Shown: positions 20,934 to 30,872, counted from the stretch's first letter. The stretch is DNA of 64,000 bases from Candidatus Bathyarchaeia archaeon (GCA_050012255.1 JBEKHN010000001.1:128001-192000), one strand, 5' to 3'. Program-made: numbers and translations. Notes: a model not told the origin generated them from the sequence alone.

Positions 20934-22199
20934 ATGCGCGTCGTAACCTCCTTAATGAGAGGAATGTACGCAAACACTTGTGACTTCATACAGAGGATGT
21001 TTCTCAGTTATTATTCCAACTGTTTTCATGAGATAAGTATTCCTCATTCGTTTGAGAGACGCGAGTTTGCTGTTCTTCTTTTCAGAAATAAGATTATGGT
21101 TAGGCACAAAAGTTTCACAGCCGTTGAAGAACTGAGAGACTTTCTGAATGGTGAAGTGCCGTCAGATGTGTACTATTCAGGTGCCCACTACGAGCAACCC
21201 GATGCTCCAGAAATGACTGCGAAGGGATGGATCGGCGCCGACCTGATTTTTGACATTGACGCTGACCACATTCCCACGTCGTGTGATAAGGTTCATGATG
21301 AGTGGACTTGTGGCAAGTGCGGGCTTAAGGGAAGGGGGGAGCTGCCGGAAAAATGTCCGTCATGCGGAGGAGAGAAGTTTGAGAACACCATTTGGCCGTG
21401 TGAGTTATGCCTGGCTTCTTCAAAGCTAGAAACGACTAGGCTTTTGGACGTTCTGATAAGAGACTTTGGACTTTCGGAAAAGGAGATCCACTTGTTCTTC
21501 TCAGGCCATCGTGGGTATCACGTTCACGTCGAAGGCGAAGCCGTTGAGAGTCTAGATGCCATGGCTCGCAAAGAAATTGTTGACTATGTCTGCGGTCTCG
21601 GCTTTGATGCCGCTTTGCACGGATTAGATGACAAGAACCCTGGAACTTTGGCATTGAAAGATGTTGGTTGGCGTGGACGAATTGCCCGAGGGATAAACAA
21701 CATTATCCTCAGCGCTAAGACGGAAGATTATGAGAAAATGGGGCTGACGAGGAACATAGCCGAGGCCATGATGAAGAGCAAGGATGCAATCCTGAAAAAC
21801 CTGAACGAATCCAGACCGTTGGGAATGCCTAGAGGAGTGGGCCCTCAAACGTACAGAAAACTTGCTGAGTACTCTAGAAAATCCCAATCTGCAAGGGTAG
21901 ACACGGTTGTTACCACGGACATTCACCGCCTGATCAGACTGCCTGGAACGTTGCACGGCAAAACGGGCCTGAAGAAGATCGAGTTTTCCATCGGAGCCCT
22001 AGACGATTTCGACCCCTTCAAGAGCGCATTAGCCTTTAGGGGAGGCGGTGCTACCGTTCTTGTTTCTAAGGCACCCGAGTTTCGACTGGGCGATGAAGAA
22101 TTTGGCCCTTACAGGAATGAAAGGGTCGAGTTGCCGAGCGCGGCTGCCCTACTACTGGTTTGCAAGAAAAGAGCGGAGGTACTAGTGCAAGATGTATAA
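20934..22199 (+). CDS. priS: DNA primase small (catalytic) subunit
   Basis: RREF, DLIFDIDAD, FSGHRGYH, DTVVTTDIHRLIRLPGTLHGKTG. Confidence 0.95.
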   Translation: MRVVTSLMRGMYANTCDFIQRMFLSYYSNCFHEISIPHSFERREFAVLLFRNKIMVRHKSFTAVEELRDFLNGEVPSDVYYSGAHYEQPDAPEMTAKGWIGADLIFDIDADHIPTSCDKVHDEWTCGKCGLKGRGELPEKCPSCGGEKFENTIWPCELCLASSKLETTRLLDVLIRDFGLSEKEIHLFFSGHRGYHVHVEGEAVESLDAMARKEIVDYVCGLGFDAALHGLDDKNPGTLALKDVGWRGRIARGINNIILSAKTEDYEKMGLTRNIAEAMMKSKDAILKNLNESRPLGMPRGVGPQTYRKLAEYSRKSQSARVDTVVTTDIHRLIRLPGTLHGKTGLKKIEFSIGALDDFDPFKSALAFRGGGATVLVSKAPEFRLGDEEFGPYRNERVELPSAAALLLVCKKRAEVLVQDV

Positions 22200-22740
22200 C
22201 GAACTGTACGAGGCTTGGAAGCTTGAGCTTGAGAACATTGAGTTGGAGGAGCTTCCCGCAGATTTTTACTCTAGAGCCGCTGAGTACATGAAAAGGCTCA
22301 GAGAAGAGAGTCGAATGCTGGACAAGAGAACCTTGAAGACAAACCTGCTTGAGGAAGAGATGCGAAACGCAAAACACATGGTTCATGAACTGATTCAAAC
22401 ACGCTACAGAAAAATAATGAGCAAAGTGGCCAAGGGCGAAGAAATCGCCCCTAACTTCCTCGCACCTGAGGAGAAAACGGCTTATTCGAGACTCTCACCT
22501 CTTGCAGAAGCATTCCAAGGCTTTGCGAAGGAAATCGTCAGGGGGCACATTCCCAAGATCAAGATCGAAGGTGAGCATAGAAGGGCTATTCTGCGCTTCT
22601 TGAAGGATGTTCCGGCAATAATCGGCGCTGATATGAAGACTTACGGTCCTTTCAAGAACGAGGATGTCGCTTCCCTGCCCGTCGAGAACACCAAGATTTT
22701 AAAGAAGCAAGGCTTGGCCGAAAACGTGGAAACCGGGTAG
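22192..22740 (+). CDS. gins15: GINS complex protein Gins15 (Gins51)
   Basis: LPADFY, C-terminal B domain IIGADMKTYGPF..DVASLP; priS-gins synteny. Confidence 0.88.
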   Translation: MYNELYEAWKLELENIELEELPADFYSRAAEYMKRLREESRMLDKRTLKTNLLEEEMRNAKHMVHELIQTRYRKIMSKVAKGEEIAPNFLAPEEKTAYSRLSPLAEAFQGFAKEIVRGHIPKIKIEGEHRRAILRFLKDVPAIIGADMKTYGPFKNEDVASLPVENTKILKKQGLAENVETG

Positions 22741-23797
22741 GTGCGAGGAGAGCATTAGACCCTGTCATACTTCCCGGCTGCGAGATCCCTGGGCCTTGAT
22801 TCAGACTAGCTCTTTCTGGCACGATCTTTGTCCACAGAGCTCGAGTTGCGATTATTATGAGCGGATAGGAAATTATCCAAGATATAGAATAGAGCGGGCC
22901 GTAATAATTATGAAAAGGATTGATGTCGCCGCCGTTTACTCCGATTACGAAGATTGTTGCGATCCGCAACGCGTTGATGAGGTAAGTGACAACGGCGCCG
23001 AAAATGAAGTAGCCTATCCTCTGTTTCCAGGGAACGGCGCTGCTTCTTAGGAACAAGAGGATCGTGACCGAGTAGATCAGAAGACTGTCGATGCCTGAGC
23101 ATGGCCAAGCGACGTTGTACACGATAGACCTTCCGGTTGAAGAAGTGACGTTCAAGGCTGGCATTAAGCCTAGGTCAGCTCTTTGGGTGAAAGTAATGCT
23201 CGTGGTGTACCCTATTAGGTTCAATATTCTGGCTGCAAGCACGGTTGTTGTGGGTACAAGAAACTGGAATGGAGTGAAGAGCCCATATGGATACAGGTTG
23301 TTTATCGTGTAAACCATGGCAATTGCTCCTAAGAATAACGCTGTGATAGAATAGTTCCTGAGGCTGGCTATCCCGTAGGCTGCAGAGGCGATGAACACGA
23401 AGAGCATCGTGAAAACTAGGTATTCGATTGAAAGAACCATATCGTTGGAAAAAACGATCTTGCTTCTTAGAGCCAAGGTTGACAAGGCTCCGTTCCATCC
23501 GTAATAGTTGGATCCGATCACATAGATCGTTGGAACAGAGAGCGATACTGCGAAGAGAATGGTCCATAGAGATCTTAACCTCCATCTTTTTGGCCGCAGC
23601 TTTTCCCAGTTCAGAATCGTTTCCAGCATCATGAGCCACACGAAGAACAGATAGTACGTTCTTCCCTCCCACGTCATCTCGAACGAACTAGGATGCAAGT
23701 AGTACAATATTCCGAGCGGGATGACAAACGCCAGAATGGGCAAGCATCTCATTAGGATATTGACGTATCTCCGATTTGCCCGTGGGATCTCAGTCAT
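22652..23797 (-). CDS. Archaeosortase/exosortase-family membrane transpeptidase (thaumarchaeosortase-like)
   Basis: Multi-TM protein with Cys-Arg-His triad: VAWPCSGIDS, INALRI, FHNY. Confidence 0.85.
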   Translation of the reverse strand: MTEIPRANRRYVNILMRCLPILAFVIPLGILYYLHPSSFEMTWEGRTYYLFFVWLMMLETILNWEKLRPKRWRLRSLWTILFAVSLSVPTIYVIGSNYYGWNGALSTLALRSKIVFSNDMVLSIEYLVFTMLFVFIASAAYGIASLRNYSITALFLGAIAMVYTINNLYPYGLFTPFQFLVPTTTVLAARILNLIGYTTSITFTQRADLGLMPALNVTSSTGRSIVYNVAWPCSGIDSLLIYSVTILLFLRSSAVPWKQRIGYFIFGAVVTYLINALRIATIFVIGVNGGDINPFHNYYGPLYSISWIISYPLIIIATRALWTKIVPERASLNQGPGISQPGSMTGSNALLAPTRFPRFRPSLASLKSWCSRRAGKRHPRS

Positions 23798-23883
23798 TCT
23801 AAACCTCTATTGTGCCCATTTGGAGCCGTGCCTTCTTGAAACAGTAAATATGTAACATGTGACCAATATTTGTTTGGTGGTAT

Positions 23884-24381
23884 TTGTCGCTGAAACTCAA
23901 TATTGGATGCGGAAGAGGCAAATACGCTTTTTACGATCTGAAGTGCGAAGCAAACTGTGACGTTCAGAAACCCCAAAACCAAAATCCCAAACTTCATACT
24001 CTCCGCCGTTTGCCATCTTCCGTTCAGAGACAAGGTCTTCCAAAGGGTCTGCGCGTTCAACGTGCTCGAACACCTCAGCGAGCACAACAACGCCATGATG
24101 GAGCTGAATTGGATAAGCGATGAGGCCATGATCAAGTTCGACAGCAAACACAATCTGGCCAGCGGGCTCACGGCAGACCATGAGAGCATAGCAGTTGAGA
24201 ACACTCTGACACCGTTTCCTAGACCAATAAGGTTGATCATCAGGCTAGTCCGTTTTCCAATAGATCGGAGTAAGCGTTCCAGAATATGATACATGCGACT
24301 TTTCCCGTCCTCAAAAAACTGGGTTTGCTGGACAATTGGAACTACTACGAGATCAGAGAGTCTCCAGAATCTGCTTCTTAG
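23884..24381 (+). pseudogene. Decayed class I SAM methyltransferase
   Basis: KLNIGCG in one frame; +1 shift at CCCC 23971-23974 gives HLPFRD..NVLEHL; further stop at 24287-24289 and another apparent shift near 24304. Confidence 0.75.
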
Positions 24382-24518
24382 CCCATAAACTCCTAACCTC
24401 GAGATTTGACCAGTTGGCCTCCTACGATGATCATTGAGATGCAATATAACGCACGCGGGACTGCGAAAAAGTATAAGAACGTGTATGGCTTCCTTTATGC
24501 AAAGTCGGTTGTGACATA

Positions 24519-24797
24519 GTGAACGTTCCAAAAGAAGTAAGGACATACTGTCCGAGGTGTAAGCAACATCAAGCTCACTCGGTTACTCTGTACAAGGCTG
24601 GCAAGCGCAGACCCCTAGCAAAGGGTGAACGCCACCATGCTCTGCGAGAAAAGAGGGGGTACGGCGGACAAAAGAATCCGCTTCAAAGAGAGTTTGCTAA
24701 GACAACGAAGAAGCAGACTTTGAAGTTGAAGTGCAAGGTCTGCGGCTACACCAGACACAAGGTTGGCATACGGTTAAGAAAATTAGTCATCGCGTGA
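24519..24797 (+). CDS. rpl44e: 50S ribosomal protein L44e (eL42)
   Basis: TYCPRC..H, GYGGQ, KTTKK, CKVCG. Confidence 0.96.
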   Translation: MNVPKEVRTYCPRCKQHQAHSVTLYKAGKRRPLAKGERHHALREKRGYGGQKNPLQREFAKTTKKQTLKLKCKVCGYTRHKVGIRLRKLVIA

Positions 24798-24812
24798 TGA
24801 GGAGGGAGAATC

Positions 24813-25010
24813 TTGTCAGAATGGGAAGAACTAATTCCGAGGCCGAGAAGCAGCTTCATCCGAGTGAAATGCCTGAAATGCGGCAACGAGCAGATTGTGT
24901 TCAGTAATGCGGTGAACAAGGTCAGCTGCAACGTTTGTGGAACCGAACTTGCTGAGCCTTCTGGTGGAAAGGCAAAAATCAAGGGTGAAATAGTCGCGGT
25001 TTTTGAATAG
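24813..25010 (+). CDS. rps27e: 30S ribosomal protein S27e
   Basis: PRSSFIRVKCLKCGNEQIVF..CNVCG..PSGGKA. Confidence 0.96.
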   Translation: MSEWEELIPRPRSSFIRVKCLKCGNEQIVFSNAVNKVSCNVCGTELAEPSGGKAKIKGEIVAVFE

Positions 25011-25025
25011 GGATGAAGAGTTCTA

Positions 25026-25814
25026 ATGGCACTTAAGAAGCAGGAATGGCCTGAACCCGGTGACCTGGTCATAGGCACGGTGGAAACTGTCACCGACTAC
25101 GGCGCCTATGCGAAGCTGGACGAGTACGGCAAGAAAGGGTTGCTGCACGTTTCTGAAATATCCTCTTCTTGGATTCGAAACATTCGCGACTTCGTCCGTG
25201 AAGGACAGAAGATCGTGCTGAAAGTTTTGCGCGTCGACACAGAAAAGGGACACATAGATTTGTCCCTGAGACGCGTAACGAAAAGAGAAAGAATCGAGAA
25301 GATAATGTTCTGGAAAAAAGAGAGAAAGGCAGAAGCCCTGCTTCGAAACATCGCTGAGAAAATGAACATGCCGCTTGAGGAGATTTATGAAAAAGCAGGA
25401 AAACCCTTGGAAGACGAATACGGGTTGTACGAAGGCTTTGAAAGAGCAGTGAAAGAGGGCCCAGATATCCTGACAAAAGTAGGCGTGCCCGAAGACGTTG
25501 CCAAGGTGATCATTGAAGTCGTCCAAGAAAGAATACACGTTCCCATGGTCAAAGTCAAGGGCACGGTTGAGCTGCGCTGCTTGAAGCCGAACGGTGTGAA
25601 AATAATAAAAGAAGCCTTCGCAAACGCCAAAAAAGGCGAGAAACTTGGCAACGCAAAGCTTCGCTTCTACGTCACCGCTGCACCGAAATACAGCATCGAG
25701 GTGTTGGCTGAAGATTACAAGCATGCTGAAGACGTCTTCCAGAAAGTTGCCGAGAATGTTGTCTCGAACGTCTCCAAAGCCGGAGGTCAGGGCACGTTTA
25801 GAAGGGACAAGTAA
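25026..25814 (+). CDS. aif2a: Translation initiation factor aIF2 alpha
   Basis: S1 domain, LLHVSEISSSW, KGHIDLSLRRV, AAPKY. Confidence 0.96.
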   Translation: MALKKQEWPEPGDLVIGTVETVTDYGAYAKLDEYGKKGLLHVSEISSSWIRNIRDFVREGQKIVLKVLRVDTEKGHIDLSLRRVTKRERIEKIMFWKKERKAEALLRNIAEKMNMPLEEIYEKAGKPLEDEYGLYEGFERAVKEGPDILTKVGVPEDVAKVIIEVVQERIHVPMVKVKGTVELRCLKPNGVKIIKEAFANAKKGEKLGNAKLRFYVTAAPKYSIEVLAEDYKHAEDVFQKVAENVVSNVSKAGGQGTFRRDK

Positions 25815-25984
25815 TGGTCTGGCTTCTGCGAAAATGCGAGAACTGTCAAGGCTACACGCTGAGGAATGATAAGTGCCCATACTGCGGAGGAAAAGTTCGA
25901 GTGCCACACCCACCGAAGTTCTCACCTGATGACAAGTATCTGAGGTACAGGATGGCCCTCAAACAGGAGAGTTCAACACGGTGA
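25814..25984 (+). CDS. nop10: H/ACA RNP protein Nop10 (absent from the ORF track)
   Basis: Translated manually: MVWLLRKCENCQGYTLRNDKCPYCGGKVRVPHPPKFSPDDKYLRYR...; aIF2a-nop10 synteny. Confidence 0.93.
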   Translation: MVWLLRKCENCQGYTLRNDKCPYCGGKVRVPHPPKFSPDDKYLRYRMALKQESSTR

Positions 25985-26754
25985 AAGAGACGTTCATTAA
26001 GGAACTCGTGAAAGCCGAGTTGAAGAATCCGATCTTGATCGAAGGACTCCCAGGCCTGGGACTCGTTGGGAAAATTGCCATACGCCACCTGGTCAAGCAG
26101 TTGAATGCCGAAAAGTTCGCCTACCTCTACTCCCCGCACTTTCCATATTTCGTTATCGTCAGCAAGAAGGGAAACGTCCGGCTTCTACGAGGAACATTCT
26201 ACTTCTGGAAGAACAAGGACGGGAAGAACGACCTCATCCTTTTCACAGGCGACAGCCAAGCACAAACGATTGAGGGGCAGTACGAGATTTCTGACCGCAT
26301 ACTGAACTTCGCCAAACAGCAAGGCGTAAAATTGATCACAACGATCGGCGGATACCGAATGGAGGCCAAGGACAAGCCGAAAGTCGTCGCAGCAGCCACG
26401 GACCAAGACCTCCTGAACAGAGCCCTGAAGGCCGGAGCTGAAGTGAGTCCGACTGGAAGTCCCATCGTGGGCACGGCAGGCCTGATTCTAGGACTTTCTC
26501 ATTTCAGGGGAATCGACGCTCTATGTCTCTTAGGCGAGACCAGGGGATACCTACCCGACCCGAGGTCTGCCAAGAGCGTGTTAGAAATACTGCAATCGAT
26601 GCTCGGTTTTGACGCAAACCTCGCAGGGCTGGATGAAGAGATAGCAAAGGGCGACAAGATGGTCACACGCCTGCAGAAGATCGAAGAAAAAAGAGTCCTT
26701 CAGGCCGAGGAAACACGGAAAGAAGAGGACAAAAAAGTCACGTATATCTCCTAG
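25981..26754 (+). CDS. PAC2-family proteasome assembly chaperone
   Basis: IEGLPGLGLVGKIA, GDSQ, LLGETRGYLPDP. Confidence 0.9.
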   Translation: MKETFIKELVKAELKNPILIEGLPGLGLVGKIAIRHLVKQLNAEKFAYLYSPHFPYFVIVSKKGNVRLLRGTFYFWKNKDGKNDLILFTGDSQAQTIEGQYEISDRILNFAKQQGVKLITTIGGYRMEAKDKPKVVAAATDQDLLNRALKAGAEVSPTGSPIVGTAGLILGLSHFRGIDALCLLGETRGYLPDPRSAKSVLEILQSMLGFDANLAGLDEEIAKGDKMVTRLQKIEEKRVLQAEETRKEEDKKVTYIS

Positions 26755-26823
26755 AACTTGCGCTCTCCATCCACAGTGAAGTTCATTCTCTATTGACGAA
26801 GAGACCTTGTGGCGCGCGCAGTT

Positions 26824-26995
26824 CTAAGGCATCTTCTTTAAGAAGTCTATTATCTCTCGAATGTCAGGAAGCTGTCCCAGCTTGTAGATTTTGAAGAAGA
26901 CTATCTTCTGGTTTTCGTCGATGATTATGTTTGCGCGTTCAGAGAATCCTTCTTTGGTCCGGAATATTCCGTAGAGTTCTGCGACCTTGCCGCAC
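26824..26995 (-). pseudogene. C-terminal remnant of a peroxiredoxin (AhpC/TSA family)
   Basis: GKVAELYGIF..GFSERANIIID is the Prx C-terminal half; the N-terminal peroxidatic-Cys region is absent. Confidence 0.7.
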
Positions 26996-27001
26996 GCGTC
27001 G

Positions 27002-27559
27002 TTACAGTTTGACACTCACTTCAACTCCATCTTCGCCGAAAAACACGTATTCGCTACGGTATCTTCTTGAAGACCTCATGTAATCCAAGTAATCCTTCAT
27101 TTGATCAGCAAAGATGCCTGCGTTGTCCGCAACAACGACACTTCCTCGATGGAGTTTTCGCTCGACAAGTCGCAGGTAGTGCAGATATTCTGTCTTATCA
27201 GCATCGATGAAGACCATGTCGAACTTGCCAGCTAGTTTTGGTATAACTTCGATCGCGTCGCCTACAACGACGTCTATGCTTGGGGTGACCTCTGCCCTCT
27301 TTATGTTCTCCCTTGCTATCTCAGCTTCGTTCGCTTGAATTTCAATCGTGATCACCTGAGCGTCGCTTTCAAGCTCTTTTGCCATCAGGATTGCTGAGTA
27401 GCCGATTAGTGTTCCGACCTCCAATACTCGCTTGGGCTTGACTTCGTGAATGACTCTCACCAATACACGACCCTTATCGGGCCCCACGATGGGTAGAAAT
27501 TTCCTCTCGGCCATGTTTTTAATTTCCTTCAAGACTTTGTCCGCCCTGCTCAAGATCAT
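27002..27559 (-). CDS. O-methyltransferase (caffeoyl-CoA OMT/TrmR-like)
   Basis: LEVGTLIGYS, FDMVFIDADK, VVADN. Confidence 0.88.
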   Translation of the reverse strand: MILSRADKVLKEIKNMAERKFLPIVGPDKGRVLVRVIHEVKPKRVLEVGTLIGYSAILMAKELESDAQVITIEIQANEAEIARENIKRAEVTPSIDVVVGDAIEVIPKLAGKFDMVFIDADKTEYLHYLRLVERKLHRGSVVVADNAGIFADQMKDYLDYMRSSRRYRSEYVFFGEDGVEVSVKL

Positions 27560-27624
27560 ATCCCCCTCAGACTACGTATCGGAAGATCGCACTGATTATT
27601 CCGTCTGGAAAACCTTTGCAGCGG

Positions 27625-28404
27625 TCAGATCTCGAATTTTTCTATTATTCTCCTCTCTTTTTCCCAGGTTATCTCCGCTACAACATGTATGTAGTTCTGC
27701 AGCCCAGAGTTTTCGATTCTCGGTTTAAGTAGTTCATCTATTTGAAAGATGCCGGCCGAGTTCGACATCGTTATTCTTATGATGACCGGTTTCTCTTCGC
27801 CCTCTTGGATGTCCACCTTCTCGATTGACAGTGCGGAAACCGAGTGAATGTCCACTTTTCCAGCCTGAAACGGAATTCTAGCTCTGCCCTCTTCCATGTC
27901 CAAGGCGTCTGCAACTCGCACTATGCCTGCTTCCACAGTCAAGGGTTTGTTCGGATCTTCGTGAGACACTATGGCGTGCAACACTTCTGAACAGATTATC
28001 GTGCGCTCTTCCTCAGAGTAGATCGGTGCCAAATACTTCTCAAGGAAGCCCAGAGCTAACAAAGCGCCGAACCAAACATGTTTGTCTCTCGCCACAATCA
28101 TGCCTAAGTCATGAAAGATTGAACCTAGAACGACAACGACCTCTGCATCTTCGTTTTTCATTCCGTAGTTCTTTACAATGCTGGGTACGACTTTGCTCTT
28201 AATCAGGATTCTCAAAATTTTCAACGCGGAGTTGGATACGATTTTAACGTGCGTTGGACCGTGGTCAGTGTAGCCCAGACGGTCAATAGCCATAACGTTT
28301 GAGCATCGCCACATAGTCTGCAGTCTCACATCTTTTTTAACGTCATCAATAACATGCTTCAGCTTAAGGTTGTCTCGAAAGGGTATATTGAAAACGTATG
28401 ACAC
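27625..28404 (-). CDS. HD-superfamily phosphohydrolase
   Basis: DHGPTH..FHD..H..ADALD motifs. Confidence 0.85.
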   Translation of the reverse strand: MSYVFNIPFRDNLKLKHVIDDVKKDVRLQTMWRCSNVMAIDRLGYTDHGPTHVKIVSNSALKILRILIKSKVVPSIVKNYGMKNEDAEVVVVLGSIFHDLGMIVARDKHVWFGALLALGFLEKYLAPIYSEEERTIICSEVLHAIVSHEDPNKPLTVEAGIVRVADALDMEEGRARIPFQAGKVDIHSVSALSIEKVDIQEGEEKPVIIRITMSNSAGIFQIDELLKPRIENSGLQNYIHVVAEITWEKERRIIEKFEI

Positions 28405-28548
28405 CGCGATTCAGCCTCCACTTGATATAGCTCATATAAGCGCCTGTACAGTCTACTAAGTTTTTGGTCTCCTTGGATTTTTCGCAGAAGGTCCTGATAG
28501 TTGCGAGATGACAGCGCGAGCCTTAAAATTTCTTCGGTTGTGCGTTTT

Positions 28549-29403
28549 TCACAGTTTTGCTGGAACTATCAACACTGAGCACTTCGCTTTATAACTGACA
28601 TCATCACTTACACTTCCCAGCAAGAACCTCTTGACCGCTCCCAACCCCCTGCTCCCAAGGACGATCAAGTCATGATTTCCTTTTTCAGCCACGTCAACTA
28701 TCACATCTGATGGAACGCCAAACTCGAGTCTCCTGTCAGCCGCAAGTTTCCGTTTTTCAACCGCATCTAACGATTCGCAGAGAACCCGGCCGCCAAGTTC
28801 CATTGCAACGTCAGGCGAGGCCTTATGCAAGCGTGGTTCCTGGACATTCAATAACGTCATTCTCGAACCCATTTTTTCGGCCAAGCTTAGGGCATAATTC
28901 AAGGCTTTCATTGCATGGTCAGAACCGTCCACGCACACGAGCATGTTTGACAGGGTCGAAACCTTTTTGACAATCATCGTTGGGCAACTTGCGTGCATTA
29001 TGACTTTCTTCGTTACACTTCCAAGTGCGTTCAGACCTTTCTCGTTTTCTCCACGACCACCGATGACGATTAGATCAAAATCATCTCCTGAGAATTCAAG
29101 AATAGTCTCAGCAACGTCCTCCTCATGGAGAACTTCCGCTTTCACTTCCACTTTTTCTTCGGTGAAAAGAGCTCTAGCTTCTCCGACTATCCTCTGCCCT
29201 TCTTGGTCTAAGCCGCTTAGAATCAGAGCGGCTGTTTCTGGGTTACCGTACGACACGCGGGGTACAACATGCAAAACCGTCACGGACGCACGTGTTTTCT
29301 TCGCTATCAACGCGACTGTCTCCTGGCTCATAAGACTTGAATCAGATTTGTCTACGGGAACCAGAATTTTCTTTATGAACGCTTCATTCTCCATGAAATC
29401 CAA
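28549..29403 (-). CDS. Tandem-domain universal stress protein
   Basis: Two UspA domains; GSRGLG..LLGSVS. Confidence 0.9.
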   Translation of the reverse strand: MDFMENEAFIKKILVPVDKSDSSLMSQETVALIAKKTRASVTVLHVVPRVSYGNPETAALILSGLDQEGQRIVGEARALFTEEKVEVKAEVLHEEDVAETILEFSGDDFDLIVIGGRGENEKGLNALGSVTKKVIMHASCPTMIVKKVSTLSNMLVCVDGSDHAMKALNYALSLAEKMGSRMTLLNVQEPRLHKASPDVAMELGGRVLCESLDAVEKRKLAADRRLEFGVPSDVIVDVAEKGNHDLIVLGSRGLGAVKRFLLGSVSDDVSYKAKCSVLIVPAKL

Positions 29404-29577
29404 CCTCTGACCATTTACTTATTAGGAACGATTGATACCAGTTCAGTTTAATACTTTTTGCGCCCGTTGACCCTGAGAAACTTCGACCAATCAATGCGGT
29501 CGAAAGCCATAAATAACAAATAGAAAGAGAAGAAAATGTTTCAGCATTAGCTGACATGATTTGGAGATGGAAGCAAA

Positions 29578-30837
29578 ATGTCTGTGAATCCATCTGGAGA
29601 TATCGCGTGGGTAACGATTTCCACTGCGCTTGTCATGCTCATGACGCCTGCTCTCGGATTCTTTTACGGAGGACTTGTTAGAAGAAAGAACATTGCCTAC
29701 ACGATAGCGCAATGTTTTGCAATTTTTGCCGTCGTGAGCTTGGTCTGGGCTCTCTGGGGCTACAGCCTTGCCTTCGGTCCCTCTAATAATGGATACATCG
29801 GAAACCTGGACAAAGTGTTGTTGAACAACGTAGGTGTGACGACAGTTCTTCCCGTGCAGTATAATGCGCCAGGAATCACAGAACTGCTCTACTTTGCTTT
29901 TGAAATGATGTTCGCAGCTATCACACCAGCCTTGATTGTGGGAGCATTCGCAGAAAGAATCAAGTTTCGTTCATTGCTTATCTTCATCGTACTCTGGTCA
30001 ACCTTCGTCTATGCTCCAATCGCACATTGGGTCTGGAGTCCTAATGGCTGGCTGGGGATCAAAGGGTTGGGAGCTATCGACTTTGCGGGAGGCACAGTCG
30101 TGCACGTATCGGCTGGACTGTCTGCATTTGCCGCAGCGATCGTTGTGGGCCCGAGAATGAATCGCGAGAAAATAGAGTCAAAACCGAGCAACGTTCCATT
30201 TGTGATTTTGGGAGCAGCATTGCTTTGGTTCGGATGGTTCGGTTTCAATGCAGGCAGTGCCCTGCAAGCAAACGCGCTTGCGGTAAGCGCCTTTGTCGTG
30301 ACCAACTTGTCAGCGGCAGCTGCAACAGTCAGCTGGATGGCCATGGACACGCTGATCAAGGGCAAGCCTTCTGCAACGGGCATTGCAATCGGCGCGGTCG
30401 TTGGACTCGTGGCAATCACTCCAGCTTCGGGTTATGTCACTCCGACTTCTGCCATCATCATAGGTTTGATTGCAGGTGTTCTGTCCAATTTGGTTTCGAC
30501 ATGGCGAGTTCGCACACGTTTAGACGATACTTTGGACGTTTTTGCATGCCACGGAGTTGGTGGAATATGGGGCTCAATAGCTACAGGATTGTTTGCAACA
30601 ACCGCAGTGAATTCTACTGGCGCGAATGGACTATTCTATGGAAACCCGAACCAACTCCTCGTCCAGAGCGAGGCGGTCTTGGTGGTCATTGCTTTTGCCT
30701 TCGTTGTGACGTTTGTACTTCTGAAAATCGTCAACGTGTTCTCTAAGCTGAGAGTGACACCAGAAGAAGAAGAAAAGGGACTTGACCTAAGCGAATGCGG
30801 AGAAGAAGCCTACAATCCATCAGACACAGCTTCGTAA
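29578..30837 (+). CDS. amtB: Ammonium transporter
   Basis: DFAGGTVVH, WFGWFGFNAGS, DDTLDVFACHGVGG. Confidence 0.95.
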   Translation: MSVNPSGDIAWVTISTALVMLMTPALGFFYGGLVRRKNIAYTIAQCFAIFAVVSLVWALWGYSLAFGPSNNGYIGNLDKVLLNNVGVTTVLPVQYNAPGITELLYFAFEMMFAAITPALIVGAFAERIKFRSLLIFIVLWSTFVYAPIAHWVWSPNGWLGIKGLGAIDFAGGTVVHVSAGLSAFAAAIVVGPRMNREKIESKPSNVPFVILGAALLWFGWFGFNAGSALQANALAVSAFVVTNLSAAAATVSWMAMDTLIKGKPSATGIAIGAVVGLVAITPASGYVTPTSAIIIGLIAGVLSNLVSTWRVRTRLDDTLDVFACHGVGGIWGSIATGLFATTAVNSTGANGLFYGNPNQLLVQSEAVLVVIAFAFVVTFVLLKIVNVFSKLRVTPEEEEKGLDLSECGEEAYNPSDTAS

Positions 30838-30872
30838 ACAATTCTATTTTTCTGATGCGCCCGCACTCACTA

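Noticed and set aside
22652-22740. 89-bp convergent overlap of archaeosortase and gins15
   Set aside because: The sortase tail looks like a non-conserved run-on; no evidence of function
23971-23974. Phase-variable homopolymer switch
   Set aside because: The run is only 4 nt and additional downstream lesions indicate decay
23794-25925. Long antisense ORFs (250 aa and 300 aa)
   Set aside because: Shadows of the pseudogene and aIF2-alpha/nop10; no recognisable motifs
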